64,000 bases of DNA from an uncultured Planctomycetia bacterium (GTDB lineage: Bacteria; Omnitrophota; Gorgyraeia; Gorgyraeales; Gorgyraeaceae), in assembly GCA_964415355.1 (NCBI GenBank), contig CAYPYS010000007.1:11208-75207 (forward strand), written 5' to 3'. Position numbers and translations under genes: made by a program. The notes beneath the pieces are model-generated. The model saw nothing but the letters and a program-made list of their open reading frames with translations, had not been told where the DNA came from and searched no databases. Positions 37,565-47,000 of the stretch are shown in pieces (positions within the stretch are counted from its first letter, which is position 1; each line of letters starts with the position of its first letter).

Positions 37565-38578
37565 ATGATTATAGTATTGCGGCCGGATGCCAAGAAGAAA
37601 GAGATCGACCACATAATAGAAAAGGTCAAGAAACTTGGCCTGAAACCAATGGTTTCCAGAGGTGTCGAACGCACCATTATCGGTGTTATCGGAGAAGAAG
37701 ATATTCTGCGGGTACAGCCGCTCGAGGCATTTCCTGGCGTCGAGAAGGTAATGCCGATCCTGAAGCCCTATAAACTTGTATCGCGAGAGTTTAGACGCGA
37801 GAAGACTGTTGTAGATGCGGATGGCGTGAAGATAGGTGGCAAGAAGGTTGTCGTGATGGCAGGCCCTTGTTCCGTGGAAAGCCTTGATGGCCTTTTGGCT
37901 ATCGCGCAAAAAGTAAAAAATGCCGGAGCTGTTTTCCTAAGAGGAGGCGCTTTTAAACCAAGGACCTCACCTTACAGTTTTCAGGGGCTTGGAGAAAAAG
38001 GTCTTAAGTTTCTGAAAGAGGCCAAGGAAAAAACCGGGCTAAAGATCGTGACAGAAGTGATGGATACAAAAGATATAGAGTTAGTAGAAAAATATGCAGA
38101 CATATTACAGATCGGCGCAAGGAACATGCAGAATTTTAATCTACTGAAAGAAGTCGGTCTTTCCAAAAAACCAGTGCTTTTAAAGAGAGGTATATCAGCT
38201 ACAATAAAAGAATTTTTGATGTCGGCCGAATATATTCTTTCCAACGGAAATTTCAACTGCATACTCTGCGAGAGAGGCATAAGGACATTTGAAGACGCGA
38301 CAAGATTTACTTTGGATTTGAGCGCGGTCCCCATGATAAAGAAGCTGAGCCATTTGCCAGTGGTCGTTGACCCTAGTCATGGCACAGGAAAGTGGGATTT
38401 AATATCATCCATGTCAAAGGCAGCTATTGCTTGTGGCGCGGATGGTCTTATGATAGAGGTACATCCGAATCCCGAAGAGGCGTATTCTGACGGTGCACAA
38501 TCTTTGCTGCCCGCAAAATTCGGAAGCATAATGAAAGAATTAGGCCCTGTGGCAAAGGCAGTAGGGCGAGATATCTAA
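37565..38578 (+). CDS. 3-deoxy-7-phosphoheptulonate (DAHP) synthase, type I-beta with an N-terminal ferredoxin-like domain
   Basis: 'MAGPCSVES', '[17 protein letters not shown]', 'LLKRG', 'DPSHGTG'. Confidence 0.85.
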   Translation: MIIVLRPDAKKKEIDHIIEKVKKLGLKPMVSRGVERTIIGVIGEEDILRVQPLEAFPGVEKVMPILKPYKLVSREFRREKTVVDADGVKIGGKKVVVMAGPCSVESLDGLLAIAQKVKNAGAVFLRGGAFKPRTSPYSFQGLGEKGLKFLKEAKEKTGLKIVTEVMDTKDIELVEKYADILQIGARNMQNFNLLKEVGLSKKPVLLKRGISATIKEFLMSAEYILSNGNFNCILCERGIRTFEDATRFTLDLSAVPMIKKLSHLPVVVDPSHGTGKWDLISSMSKAAIACGADGLMIEVHPNPEEAYSDGAQSLLPAKFGSIMKELGPVAKAVGRDI

Positions 38579-38613
38579 CTTTACACTTTAACGTTGTTGA
38601 AATGTAAAGTTAG
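38576..38613 (+). repeat. Palindromic repeat copy 30 (T1, fwd)
   Basis: taactttacactttaacgttgttgaaatgtaaagttag; TAA is the DAHP synthase stop. Confidence 0.9.
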
Positions 38614-38639
38614 GTGATTTTCGTATATTAAAAAAGAAT

Positions 38640-39485
38640 ATGTTTAGACGCGTAACGATAATAGGGCTTGGTCTTATAGGTGGATCATTAGCTTTCGCGA
38701 TAAAGAAAGAAGGTCTCGCGAAAGAAGTGGTGGGTGTTTCTAGAAGGCGTAGTACTATTCGAAGAGCCCTGGCGCGCAAAATAGTCGACAGCGCTACGCT
38801 GGATGTCAAAAAAGGGATAAAGGGCTCAGACCTTGTTATTTTGGCGACATCTGTCTTGAAGATCATAGATATTGCAAGAAAGATTTCACCATATCTCTCG
38901 AAGAGCGCCATTTTAATCGATGCTGGCAGCACAAAAAAAGAGATCGTGAATAAAATAGAAAAGATTTTGCCGCGAGGCGGCGTGAGTTTTATCGGAAGCC
39001 ATCCATTGGCAGGCTCTGAGAAGGCGGGCATTGAGCATATTAACAAAAGATTATTCAAAGGCGCGTATTGCATTTTGGCAAAAACAAAAAAGACCGACGC
39101 AAAGGCCTTGAATAAGGCAAAGAGATTCTGGAGGGCATTGGGCATGAAGGTCGAGGTTATGAGTCCCGAGAAACATGATAGGTTGCTTTCAAGGATAAGT
39201 CATCTTCCGCACGTTACAGCAACAGCTCTTATGAATGCGTGCGGCAAGAAGGAATTGCGCCTGGCTGCAGGAGGACTTAAGGATACGACAAGAATCGCCT
39301 CGAGCAAGCCTGGACTGTGGAAGGATATTTTTATTACCAATAGAAGCAACATAGCAAACGACATCGGTCTTTTAAAAAAAGAATTGTCCAAGATAGAAAG
39401 CGCATTGAAAAAGAAGGATACTGCTAGGCTTATGAGCTTGCTCAGAAAAGCCAAGTCTATCAGAGATATCATGCAATCTTCCTAA
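38640..39485 (+). CDS. tyrA: Prephenate dehydrogenase
   Basis: NAD fold 'IIGLGLIGGSLA', 'GSHPLAGSEK', 'HDRLLSRISHLPH'. Confidence 0.8.
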   Translation: MFRRVTIIGLGLIGGSLAFAIKKEGLAKEVVGVSRRRSTIRRALARKIVDSATLDVKKGIKGSDLVILATSVLKIIDIARKISPYLSKSAILIDAGSTKKEIVNKIEKILPRGGVSFIGSHPLAGSEKAGIEHINKRLFKGAYCILAKTKKTDAKALNKAKRFWRALGMKVEVMSPEKHDRLLSRISHLPHVTATALMNACGKKELRLAAGGLKDTTRIASSKPGLWKDIFITNRSNIANDIGLLKKELSKIESALKKKDTARLMSLLRKAKSIRDIMQSS

Positions 39486-39520
39486 CTTTACACTTTAACG
39501 TTGTTGAAATGTAAAGTTAG
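39483..39520 (+). repeat. Palindromic repeat copy 31 (T1, fwd)
   Basis: taactttacactttaacgttgttgaaatgtaaagttag; TAA is the tyrA stop. Confidence 0.9.
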
Positions 39521-39533
39521 CTGTTATTACGAT

Positions 39534-40151
39534 ATGTTTCACATTTTTGCGAGATTTATATTATTTCTGATCTTTAAAATATTTTTTAGGCTAAGGGTAT
39601 TTGGCAGGGAAAATTTTCCTGCAGAAGGACCTGTTATCGTGGCGCCTAACCACGTAAGTTTTTTAGACCCTGTGCTGGTGGGAGTAGCTGCTCCACCCAA
39701 GCTGAACTATCTGGCACGCGATACATTATTCAAGTCCAGATTTTTTGCCAGGATGCTGTATGCGGTGGATGTTTCGCCTATAAAGCGTGAAAGCGGAGAC
39801 ATAAACGCCTTTAAGACAGCATTGAGTAAATTATCCCAGCGCAAGCCGATCCTGATTTTTCCAGAAGGCACGCGTTCGATAGACGGGAATCTGCAGGAAC
39901 CGAAGACAGGAATAGGATTTTTGCAAATTGCCTCAGGTGCAAGCATCCTGCCGTGTTATGTAAAAGGTTCGGTAGAGGCGTGGCCCAGGCATTCGAAATT
40001 TCCCAGGGTCAGTCCTGTTTCCGTGTATTTCGGAAGACCTTTAAAATTTGAGAAAATACCAGGCAATAAAAAAGAACGCTACGCCTACATTGCCAAACAG
40101 ACGATAGCGGCGATAGCTAAGCTGCAAGAGGATTCTGAAAAGATAGGCTAG
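39534..40151 (+). CDS. plsC: 1-acyl-sn-glycerol-3-phosphate acyltransferase
   Basis: 'APNHVSFLDP' (HX4D) and 'FPEGTRS' motifs. ATG 39534 is preferred; the ORF-track start 39501 ('MLKCKV') is repeat-derived. Confidence 0.8.
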   Translation: MFHIFARFILFLIFKIFFRLRVFGRENFPAEGPVIVAPNHVSFLDPVLVGVAAPPKLNYLARDTLFKSRFFARMLYAVDVSPIKRESGDINAFKTALSKLSQRKPILIFPEGTRSIDGNLQEPKTGIGFLQIASGASILPCYVKGSVEAWPRHSKFPRVSPVSVYFGRPLKFEKIPGNKKERYAYIAKQTIAAIAKLQEDSEKIG

Positions 40152-40156
40152 TCGGC

Positions 40157-40194
40157 TAACTTTACACTTTAACGTTGTTGAAATGTAAAGTTAG
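40157..40194 (+). repeat. Palindromic repeat copy 32 (T1, fwd)
   Basis: taactttacactttaacgttgttgaaatgtaaagttag; 5 nt after the plsC TAG stop. Confidence 0.9.
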
Positions 40195-40201
40195 GATTGA
40201 T

Positions 40202-41011
40202 ATGCAGGTAAAAATAGCGACACATTCTGGTTTTTGTTTTGGCGTGAAGCGTGCGATAAATATAGCCGAAAAAACCCTTAAGTCTGAGAAGGGCAAGAGT
40301 AAGATTTATTCGCTCGGTCATATTATACATAATCCTCAAGTTGTCGAGGCTCTTTTAAAAAAAGGACTAAACGTCGTAACGAGCGTAGGCGATATAAATA
40401 AGGGCACGGTAATCATATCTTCGCATGGCGCTCCGAAAGAAGTAATCGAGAAGATAAAAAAGAAAAAGATAAAACTCGTTGATGCGACTTGTCCGTTCGT
40501 GAAAAATGCACAGGACATAGTAAAAAATCTTGTGAAAGAAGGTTACGCAGTTGCTATAGTAGGAGACAAGGAGCACCCTGAGGTCAAGGCGTTGCTAAGT
40601 CTTGCCGGAAAGGCGAAGAAGGGCAGTAAGATCGGGATCATTTCCCAGACGACCCAGAGCAAGGATAATTACTCTAAGGGGATTTTGGATATATTAAAGA
40701 GAGATTTTAGCGAAGTGAGGATCTTTAATACGATTTGCAACGACACCTCGCGCAGGCAGGAATTAGCTCGCAGGCTTCTGAAAGAGTGCGACGCTATGGT
40801 AATAGTTGGCGGGAAGAACAGCGCCAACACAAGACGTTTATGGCAGATCTGCAAGGAAAGCGGGGTGGATAGTTATCACATTGAAACCGATGCTGAACTA
40901 AAGGTAAAAGACTTTAAAGGTAAAAAATGTGTGGGAGTCGTGAGCGGCGCTTCGACTCCTGATTCGATAGTGGCAAAGGTATCTAAAAAAATAGAAAAAT
41001 TATCTATTTAA
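40202..41011 (+). CDS. ispH: 4-hydroxy-3-methylbut-2-enyl diphosphate reductase
   Basis: 'HSGFCFGVKRAI', 'HNPQVV', 'DATCPFV', 'NTICNDT', 'GGKNSANT'. Start 40202; 40175 is repeat-derived. Confidence 0.95.
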   Translation: MQVKIATHSGFCFGVKRAINIAEKTLKSEKGKSKIYSLGHIIHNPQVVEALLKKGLNVVTSVGDINKGTVIISSHGAPKEVIEKIKKKKIKLVDATCPFVKNAQDIVKNLVKEGYAVAIVGDKEHPEVKALLSLAGKAKKGSKIGIISQTTQSKDNYSKGILDILKRDFSEVRIFNTICNDTSRRQELARRLLKECDAMVIVGGKNSANTRRLWQICKESGVDSYHIETDAELKVKDFKGKKCVGVVSGASTPDSIVAKVSKKIEKLSI

Positions 41012-41045
41012 ATCAAAAAATCAATTCGAAAGGGGAAAAGAAGTC

Positions 41046-42641
41046 ATGATTAAAGAACAGAAAAAGGAAGAGGTAAAGACGCAGGAGACGTTTGATCTTG
41101 CGTCGGCTTATGAAAAGACTTTTCGCAGCTTGAACGAGGGCGACATAGTCAAGGCAAAGGTTATTGCGATAGGGAAGAAGGATGTCTATGTCGATTTCGG
41201 TTATAAATCCGAGGGTATTATACCGCTCATAGAATTTAAAAATGCGTCCATAGAGGCTAATGTGGGCGATGAGCTTGAAGTCTTCGTGGAGTCTAAGGAA
41301 AACGAGGATGGGTTGATTGTCTGCTCAAAGAAAAGGGCGGAAAAGGCACAGGGTTGGGACAAGATCGTCAACCAATACAAAGAAGGCGATTTCATAGAAG
41401 GTAAGGTCACGCGAAAGGTCAAAGGCGGACTGATGGTAAATGTTGGGATAGAGGCCTTTTTGCCGGCATCCCTGGTCGCCCTTAAAGGTTTTGGCAATGT
41501 CAATCAGGTAATAGGCCAGAACCTGAAATTTAAGATAGTGAAGATGAACAGATCCAGGAAAAACATCGTGGTGTCGAGAAAAGATGCCATAATCAAAGAG
41601 AGGGACGAGGTTAAGAACAAGTTGATAGGTGAGCTCAAAGTCGGAGAGATGAGAAAAGGTCTTGTTAAGAACATAACAGATTTCGGCGCATTCATCGATC
41701 TCGGCGGCGTGGACGGACTTCTGCATATCACTGACATGAGCTGGGGAAGGGTCTCGCATCCCAGTGAGGTGCTTGCGATCGGAGACACCATAGAGGTGAT
41801 GGTGCTTAGTTTTGATAAAGAGAGCATGAAGGTTTCGTTGGGTCTGAAGCAGAAGACAGAGAGTCCGTGGAAAGACGTGGATAGTAAATACGCCATTGGC
41901 TCAAAGATCAAAGGCAAGGTCGTGAACATCGTCCCTTACGGAGCGTTTGTGGAGCTCGAGAAAGGCGTCGAAGGCCTGGTGCATGTTTCAGAGTTGTCCT
42001 GGACCACGAGAATAAATAATCCTGCGGATGTCCTTGCAATAGGAGATGTCGTAGAAGCAATAGTTTTGAGCGTGGATAAGAATAGCCAGAAGATCTCTCT
42101 CGGAGTAAAGCAGATAGAGCCGAATCCGTGGATGGAGATCAAGGAGAAGTTCACTCCTGGCACAAAGGTCGAGGGGAAGATCAGGAACCTGACTGACTTT
42201 GGCGCGTTTGTGGAGCTCGAAGGCCGCATAGAAGGCTTTGTCCATGTAAGTGACATGTCGTGGACAAAAAAAATAAATAACCCGAAGGAATTTTTGAAAA
42301 AAGGGCAGAAGATAGATGTTATGATACTTACAGTCGACCCTGATAATCAAAAGATCTCTTTAGGAATAAAGCAGGTTGCGACTGATCCGTGGCCCGAGAT
42401 CATGAAGAAATATTGTCTTGGCACGACTGTCGAAGGCGCTATTACAAAGATCACGAGTTTTGGTTTGTTTGTCGAGATAGATAAGGACCTTGAGGCGCTG
42501 GTTCATATTTCTGAGCTGGAACTCGCGCCTGATCAGAAGCTGGAAGAGGCCTATAAGGTAGGAGACAAGGTCGAGGCTGTTGTAATTAAGATAGACGACG
42601 TAGAGCGCAAGATAGGCCTTAGCATCAAGAAGAAAGAATAA
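41046..42641 (+). CDS. rpsA: 30S ribosomal protein S1 (six S1 repeats)
   Basis: Six repeats of the pattern G-x-V-x(5)-FGAF(V/I)-(E/D)-L; the common ispH-rpsA adjacency. Confidence 0.95.
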   Translation: MIKEQKKEEVKTQETFDLASAYEKTFRSLNEGDIVKAKVIAIGKKDVYVDFGYKSEGIIPLIEFKNASIEANVGDELEVFVESKENEDGLIVCSKKRAEKAQGWDKIVNQYKEGDFIEGKVTRKVKGGLMVNVGIEAFLPASLVALKGFGNVNQVIGQNLKFKIVKMNRSRKNIVVSRKDAIIKERDEVKNKLIGELKVGEMRKGLVKNITDFGAFIDLGGVDGLLHITDMSWGRVSHPSEVLAIGDTIEVMVLSFDKESMKVSLGLKQKTESPWKDVDSKYAIGSKIKGKVVNIVPYGAFVELEKGVEGLVHVSELSWTTRINNPADVLAIGDVVEAIVLSVDKNSQKISLGVKQIEPNPWMEIKEKFTPGTKVEGKIRNLTDFGAFVELEGRIEGFVHVSDMSWTKKINNPKEFLKKGQKIDVMILTVDPDNQKISLGIKQVATDPWPEIMKKYCLGTTVEGAITKITSFGLFVEIDKDLEALVHISELELAPDQKLEEAYKVGDKVEAVVIKIDDVERKIGLSIKKKE

Positions 42642-42676
42642 CTTTACACTTTAACGTTGTTGAAATGTAAAGTTAG
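42639..42676 (+). repeat. Palindromic repeat copy 33 (T1, fwd)
   Basis: taactttacactttaacgttgttgaaatgtaaagttag; TAA is the rpsA stop. Confidence 0.9.
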
Positions 42677-42686
42677 GGCGGGTGAT

Positions 42687-43853
42687 ATGGATATTCAAAA
42701 GCAGTTGGAGATCATAAGGCGTGGTGCAGTAGAGATAATCTCTGAGAAGGAGCTTGCCTCAAAGCTGGAAAGGCAAAAACCCCTTATTGTAAAGGCAGGA
42801 TTTGACCCGAGCGCGCCTGACATACACCTGGGCCACACCGTGCTTTTGCGCAAGCTTAGGCATCTTCAGGACCTCGGTCATAAGGTAGTTTTCCTTATAG
42901 GAGATTTTACAGGCATGATAGGAGATCCTACCGGACGCAGCGAGGTCAGGAAGAGATTGACGCAGAAAGAAGTCAAGGAGAACGCAAAGACCTATAAAAA
43001 GCAGGTTTTTAAAATATTGGACGAGAGAAAGACACAGGTGGTATTCAATAGCAAATGGCTCAGCTCAATGAAGCTGAGTGACTCTTTGGAATTGACCTCG
43101 CACAGCACTGTGTCGCAGCTGCTCGCGAGAGCGGATTTTAATGAAAGATATAAGTCAGGCAAGGACATAAGTCTTCTGGAATTCATGTACCCGCTTCTCC
43201 AGGCATATGATTCTGTGCATCTTAAAGCTGACGTCGAGTTGGGCGGCACTGACCAGAAATTCAATCTGCTTTTAGGCCGCGAGATCCAGAAGGATTACGG
43301 CCAGGAGCCTCAGGCTATTATCATGATGCCGCTTTTGGTCGGGCTTGACGGCACGCAGAAAATGAGCAAGTCTTTCGGGAACCATATAGGCATAGAAGAA
43401 GCTCCGGAGCAGGTATTTGGCAAGATCATGTCTCTCTCAGATGAACTTATGACGCAGTATTACGAGCTATTGACAGACGAGGATCTGGATGGAGTGCGAA
43501 AGCTGCATCCGATGAAGGCAAAGAAGAACCTAGCGCAGAAGATAGTAGGGCAGTATCACGGTGATAAGACAGCATCTCTGGCGCGCAGAGACTTCGAAAA
43601 CAAATTCCAAAAAAAAGACCCCTTTACAGAGCTGGAACCGCAGACAAAACCATACCATAAGACGCTGGCAGATTTTCTAGTAGCAGATAAGATATGTGTC
43701 AGTAAAAGCGAATACAGACGCTTAATGGAGCAGGGGGCAATAGAGGTAAACGGTAGCCGCATCAAAACACCGGATTTCGTATTAGAGCCCTCCAAAGAAT
43801 ATCGCATAAAAGTAGGCAAAAAACGCTTCCTAAAGGTCACCTTTCTCCGTTAA
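42687..43853 (+). CDS. tyrS: Tyrosyl-tRNA synthetase
   Basis: 'PDIHLGH' (HIGH), 'KMSKS', and a C-terminal S4-like domain. Start 42687; 42657 is repeat-derived. Confidence 0.95.
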   Translation: MDIQKQLEIIRRGAVEIISEKELASKLERQKPLIVKAGFDPSAPDIHLGHTVLLRKLRHLQDLGHKVVFLIGDFTGMIGDPTGRSEVRKRLTQKEVKENAKTYKKQVFKILDERKTQVVFNSKWLSSMKLSDSLELTSHSTVSQLLARADFNERYKSGKDISLLEFMYPLLQAYDSVHLKADVELGGTDQKFNLLLGREIQKDYGQEPQAIIMMPLLVGLDGTQKMSKSFGNHIGIEEAPEQVFGKIMSLSDELMTQYYELLTDEDLDGVRKLHPMKAKKNLAQKIVGQYHGDKTASLARRDFENKFQKKDPFTELEPQTKPYHKTLADFLVADKICVSKSEYRRLMEQGAIEVNGSRIKTPDFVLEPSKEYRIKVGKKRFLKVTFLR

Positions 43854-43888
43854 CTTTACACTTTAACGTTGTTAAAATGTAAAGTTAA
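43851..43888 (+). repeat. Palindromic repeat copy 34 (T1, fwd)
   Basis: taactttacactttaacgttgttaaaatgtaaagttaa; TAA is the tyrS stop. Confidence 0.9.
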
Positions 43889-43895
43889 ATCAGGG

Positions 43896-43924
43896 TTGAC
43901 AAGAAAGCGTTTTCGCGGTATAAT
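43896..43924 (+). promoter_or_regulatory. Perfect-consensus sigma70 promoter in front of giant ORF 1
   Basis: TTGACA (43896-43901), exactly 17 nt, TATAAT (43919-43924). Confidence 0.7.
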
Positions 43925-43942
43925 TTATATATTATGTAGTAG

Positions 43943-43962
43943 TTTATAAATATATTTATAAA
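43943..43962. promoter_or_regulatory. Perfect 20-bp A/T palindrome (candidate operator) in the 5' UTR of giant ORF 1
   Basis: TTTATAAATATATTTATAAA equals its own reverse complement. It lies between the -10 box and the SD. Confidence 0.4.
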
Positions 43963-43980
43963 GAGTTGAAAGGGGGATCT

Positions 43981-44064
43981 ATGTATCGCAGGCGCATCAA
44001 CAGGATCACATCCATCGTAACTCTTCTGACGTTTCTTTCCACCAGCACCCTTTACGCAGCACCA
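43981..44064 (+). other. Shared 28-aa N-terminal leader, copy in giant ORF 1
   Basis: MYRRRINRITSIVTLLTFLSTSTLYAAP versus ORF3 MTWKIIRKITSIVILITFLSTNVIYAAP: 17/28 identical with no gaps. Basic n-region, hydrophobic core, and a YA|AP cleavage-like end. Confidence 0.8.
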
Positions 44065-47000
44065 TCCAGCCGTTCATTCTTCAAAAATAAAAAAGTAGAT
44101 CACAAGAAACTAAGTGACCAGAACGAAGACTTTATAGAGAAAAAAGGCTCTGTCCTTGATATTAAAAATGGCGCAAAGCCCCAGGCGCGCAGGAAAGAGG
44201 CAAGGGCCCTCCTTTCTTCCCATCTAAAGGATTTATCGCAGATACATATACCTTCTGAACTGGGAAGGATAATAGAGGTGTATGAAGGGGAAAAGGATAA
44301 ACGACAAGGAACAAGGCCTTTGATCGTTCATATCCAGGACCTCCACACAAATCCAGAGGCAGAACTTAACCTTGCCAAGATCCTCGAAATACTTATAAAA
44401 GACTATAGCATGAATCTGGTCTGCTCAGAAGGCGCAGACGGAGAGGTGGATACTTCTTCTGTCTCAAGCTTTCCGGATTACTCTGTGAGAGAAAAAGTAG
44501 CCAGGCTCTTCATAGATTCAGGAGAATTGACAGGAGAGGAGTATTTATCGATAACAAAATATCCTGATCTAGCCATATGGGGCATAGAGGATAGAGATAT
44601 ATACTTTAAAAACATAATAGAGTTCAATAAGATTATAAAATTCTCTCCCCAAAGCCACGTATTTATATCCCAGGCCAAAAAGGCCCTGGAGCAACTTAAG
44701 CCCAAGATATGCTCAAGGGAACTAAAAGACCTGGACCAGAAAGAAGCCTCCTATGATAACCAGGAGATAGAGGTAGCCCAGTATCTTAATTACCTCGCTG
44801 ATTATGTTGAGGCACTCGGAATCAATACAAAAGACTATAGAAATGTGAATCTATTGGCTGAATCCATAGACCAGGAAAAGACTATAAATCAACAAAAGAT
44901 AATGGATGAGTCGCAAAGTCTTTTGTTGAACCTTCAGGTCTCTCTTTCTAATAAAAGGATAAAAAAAGAGCAGGATGAACTTATGGCGCGCGCAGAGCTT
45001 TTCAGGGACCAGAAGATCTCACCCTTTTCATTCTATAGCTACTTAAAAGCCTTGGCTCTCAGGCACCTGAAAGAAGGTCTTTCAAAATACCCTGATCTTG
45101 ATCGCTACATCACCTATCTCACGAATGTAAACTCTTTAGACCAGGTGAAACTCTTCAATGAACTAAAAGATCTCGCATACGATATAAAACAGGCCCTCGC
45201 AAGGACGCCTGAACAAAAAAGATTTGTAAAGGCCCTCAGGAACATAAACTTTTTAGAATCTTTCTTTAACCTCAAGGTCTCAAACGAAGAATTAGACTAT
45301 TACCTGGCCAATAGAGACTCCCACAAGGTAGGATTCTTTCAGGATTTTCTGAAACCCACCCTGAAAAAATACAGACTATCGAGTTTCATAGATTATAATA
45401 CAGACCTTATAGACTCAAAGCTTCCTATCCTCGAAGACTTCTACAAGACTGTCAAAGACCGCGACGTAGCAATGGTCAAAAACTCCCTCTCTGAGATCGA
45501 AAACCGCAATTCAAAAGTCTCTGCCCTGATCGCAGGCGGTTTTCATACAAAGGGCATAACAACTTTACTAAGAGACAAAAACTATTCCTATATAGTAGTA
45601 TCCCCATACTCATCCACTGACATAGACGAGGAGAATTATCATTTTCTATTATCAGGTAAACGCAAGCCGCTGACAGAGCTATTGAATAAGCTTGATGCGT
45701 CAGAAATCGTAGACGGGCTTTCCTCAAGCTTAAGGGTAACGGTGGGTTTTGATCTTGATATGCACGATGGCTTAAGAGAAAAGGTTGCCCCTGTGCTCGC
45801 AGAAGAATTAGGCGTATCAGTGGAAGAGGTAACCCCGGAAAATATTCTTGGGAGAATAGTTCCGGTTCTTCTATTGCACAGAGAGGCCTCGAGCTGGTTT
45901 AGTAATTTTGACAAGATTATCGGCGTAGAGATAAAGCGGACTGCCAAGGGACTTGTAATGAAGATATCCCCTAAAGGTAGAGGGACAAAAGCAAGATATA
46001 TTATGGCCACAAGAGATAGCGGGTTTACTCTTGCGACAGCACGTGACTTCAATGCTGCAGGCGCGACAGTAATAGCTGTTGCTCCCGAGAAGAGCCCTCT
46101 GGCAGATACAGAGGATGATTCTTCACTTACCTATGCCGGAGGAGAGCAAGCTAGAAACGTAACTACTTATAATGACCTATCAGCGCAGGGCATCAGGGAT
46201 TCACTGGCGACACTTTCTCGCGACGGCGCTATTTTAGTCCTGGCTGACGGCACAAAGTGGACTGTGAGTGAATGGGATAGCCAGAGCAAGACCGCAGCGC
46301 TTACTGGTCTAGGAGATGCAAAAGGAGAAACGCAATACATATCAGTGCTGGATGACGGCCTGGTTGTCATAAGTGCTACTCCTCTTATTCGCGACTATAC
46401 AGTCGTGGCCATTGCATCGGATGCTTCTGTTTCTGTCAAGATAAAGGCATTGGCAGAGGATATTTTTACGAGTCCTGACAGGGCGCTTGCGACAGCCGCG
46501 CTTCAATATGGCCTGACCCGCGGATTCCAGCCGCTTATCAATTACATATCAGCGCTTCTTGAGAGAGAAGGCGTAAAGGCCCATCCTGAGACAGAGGTCG
46601 TAATGCTGGATGATGTCTTTGAAGGAGAAGATATTTTAGCAAGACTCCTCATAGAAGAAGGCGATATAGTTGTTTACAATAGCGGAAACCTGTCCGAGCA
46701 GGACAAAAGGATTTATACCAATCGTGGCGCAGAGTTAATAGAGATGGACCTCTCGACACCCGTTGGGATGCACAAGTTGTCCGGGCGTCTCGAGAACGGT
46801 AGTATAGACGCGGACCGCGTTAAATTTATTCAGGTTTTGTCCGAGAGAAAACTAGGGACAGAAACTATGTCGCAGTCTGCAAGAGTCGCGCTTTTAGCAC
46901 TGGCCAGAGAGCATGATTTTCTTTTAGTAGAAGACGCCAGGTACAGGGATCCTGTTTTGTCAGAAAACGAAAGTTTAAAGGCCATCGATTACGAAGGCCT

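Noticed and set aside
43981-44010. A twin-arginine (Tat) signal in giant ORF 1 ('MYRRRINR'), which would solve the export of a cofactor-loaded enzyme.
   Set aside because: The motif does not match S/T-R-R-x-F-L-K well, and the collinear leader of ORF3 has K-I-I-R-K with no RR. Tat targeting is therefore not a shared property.
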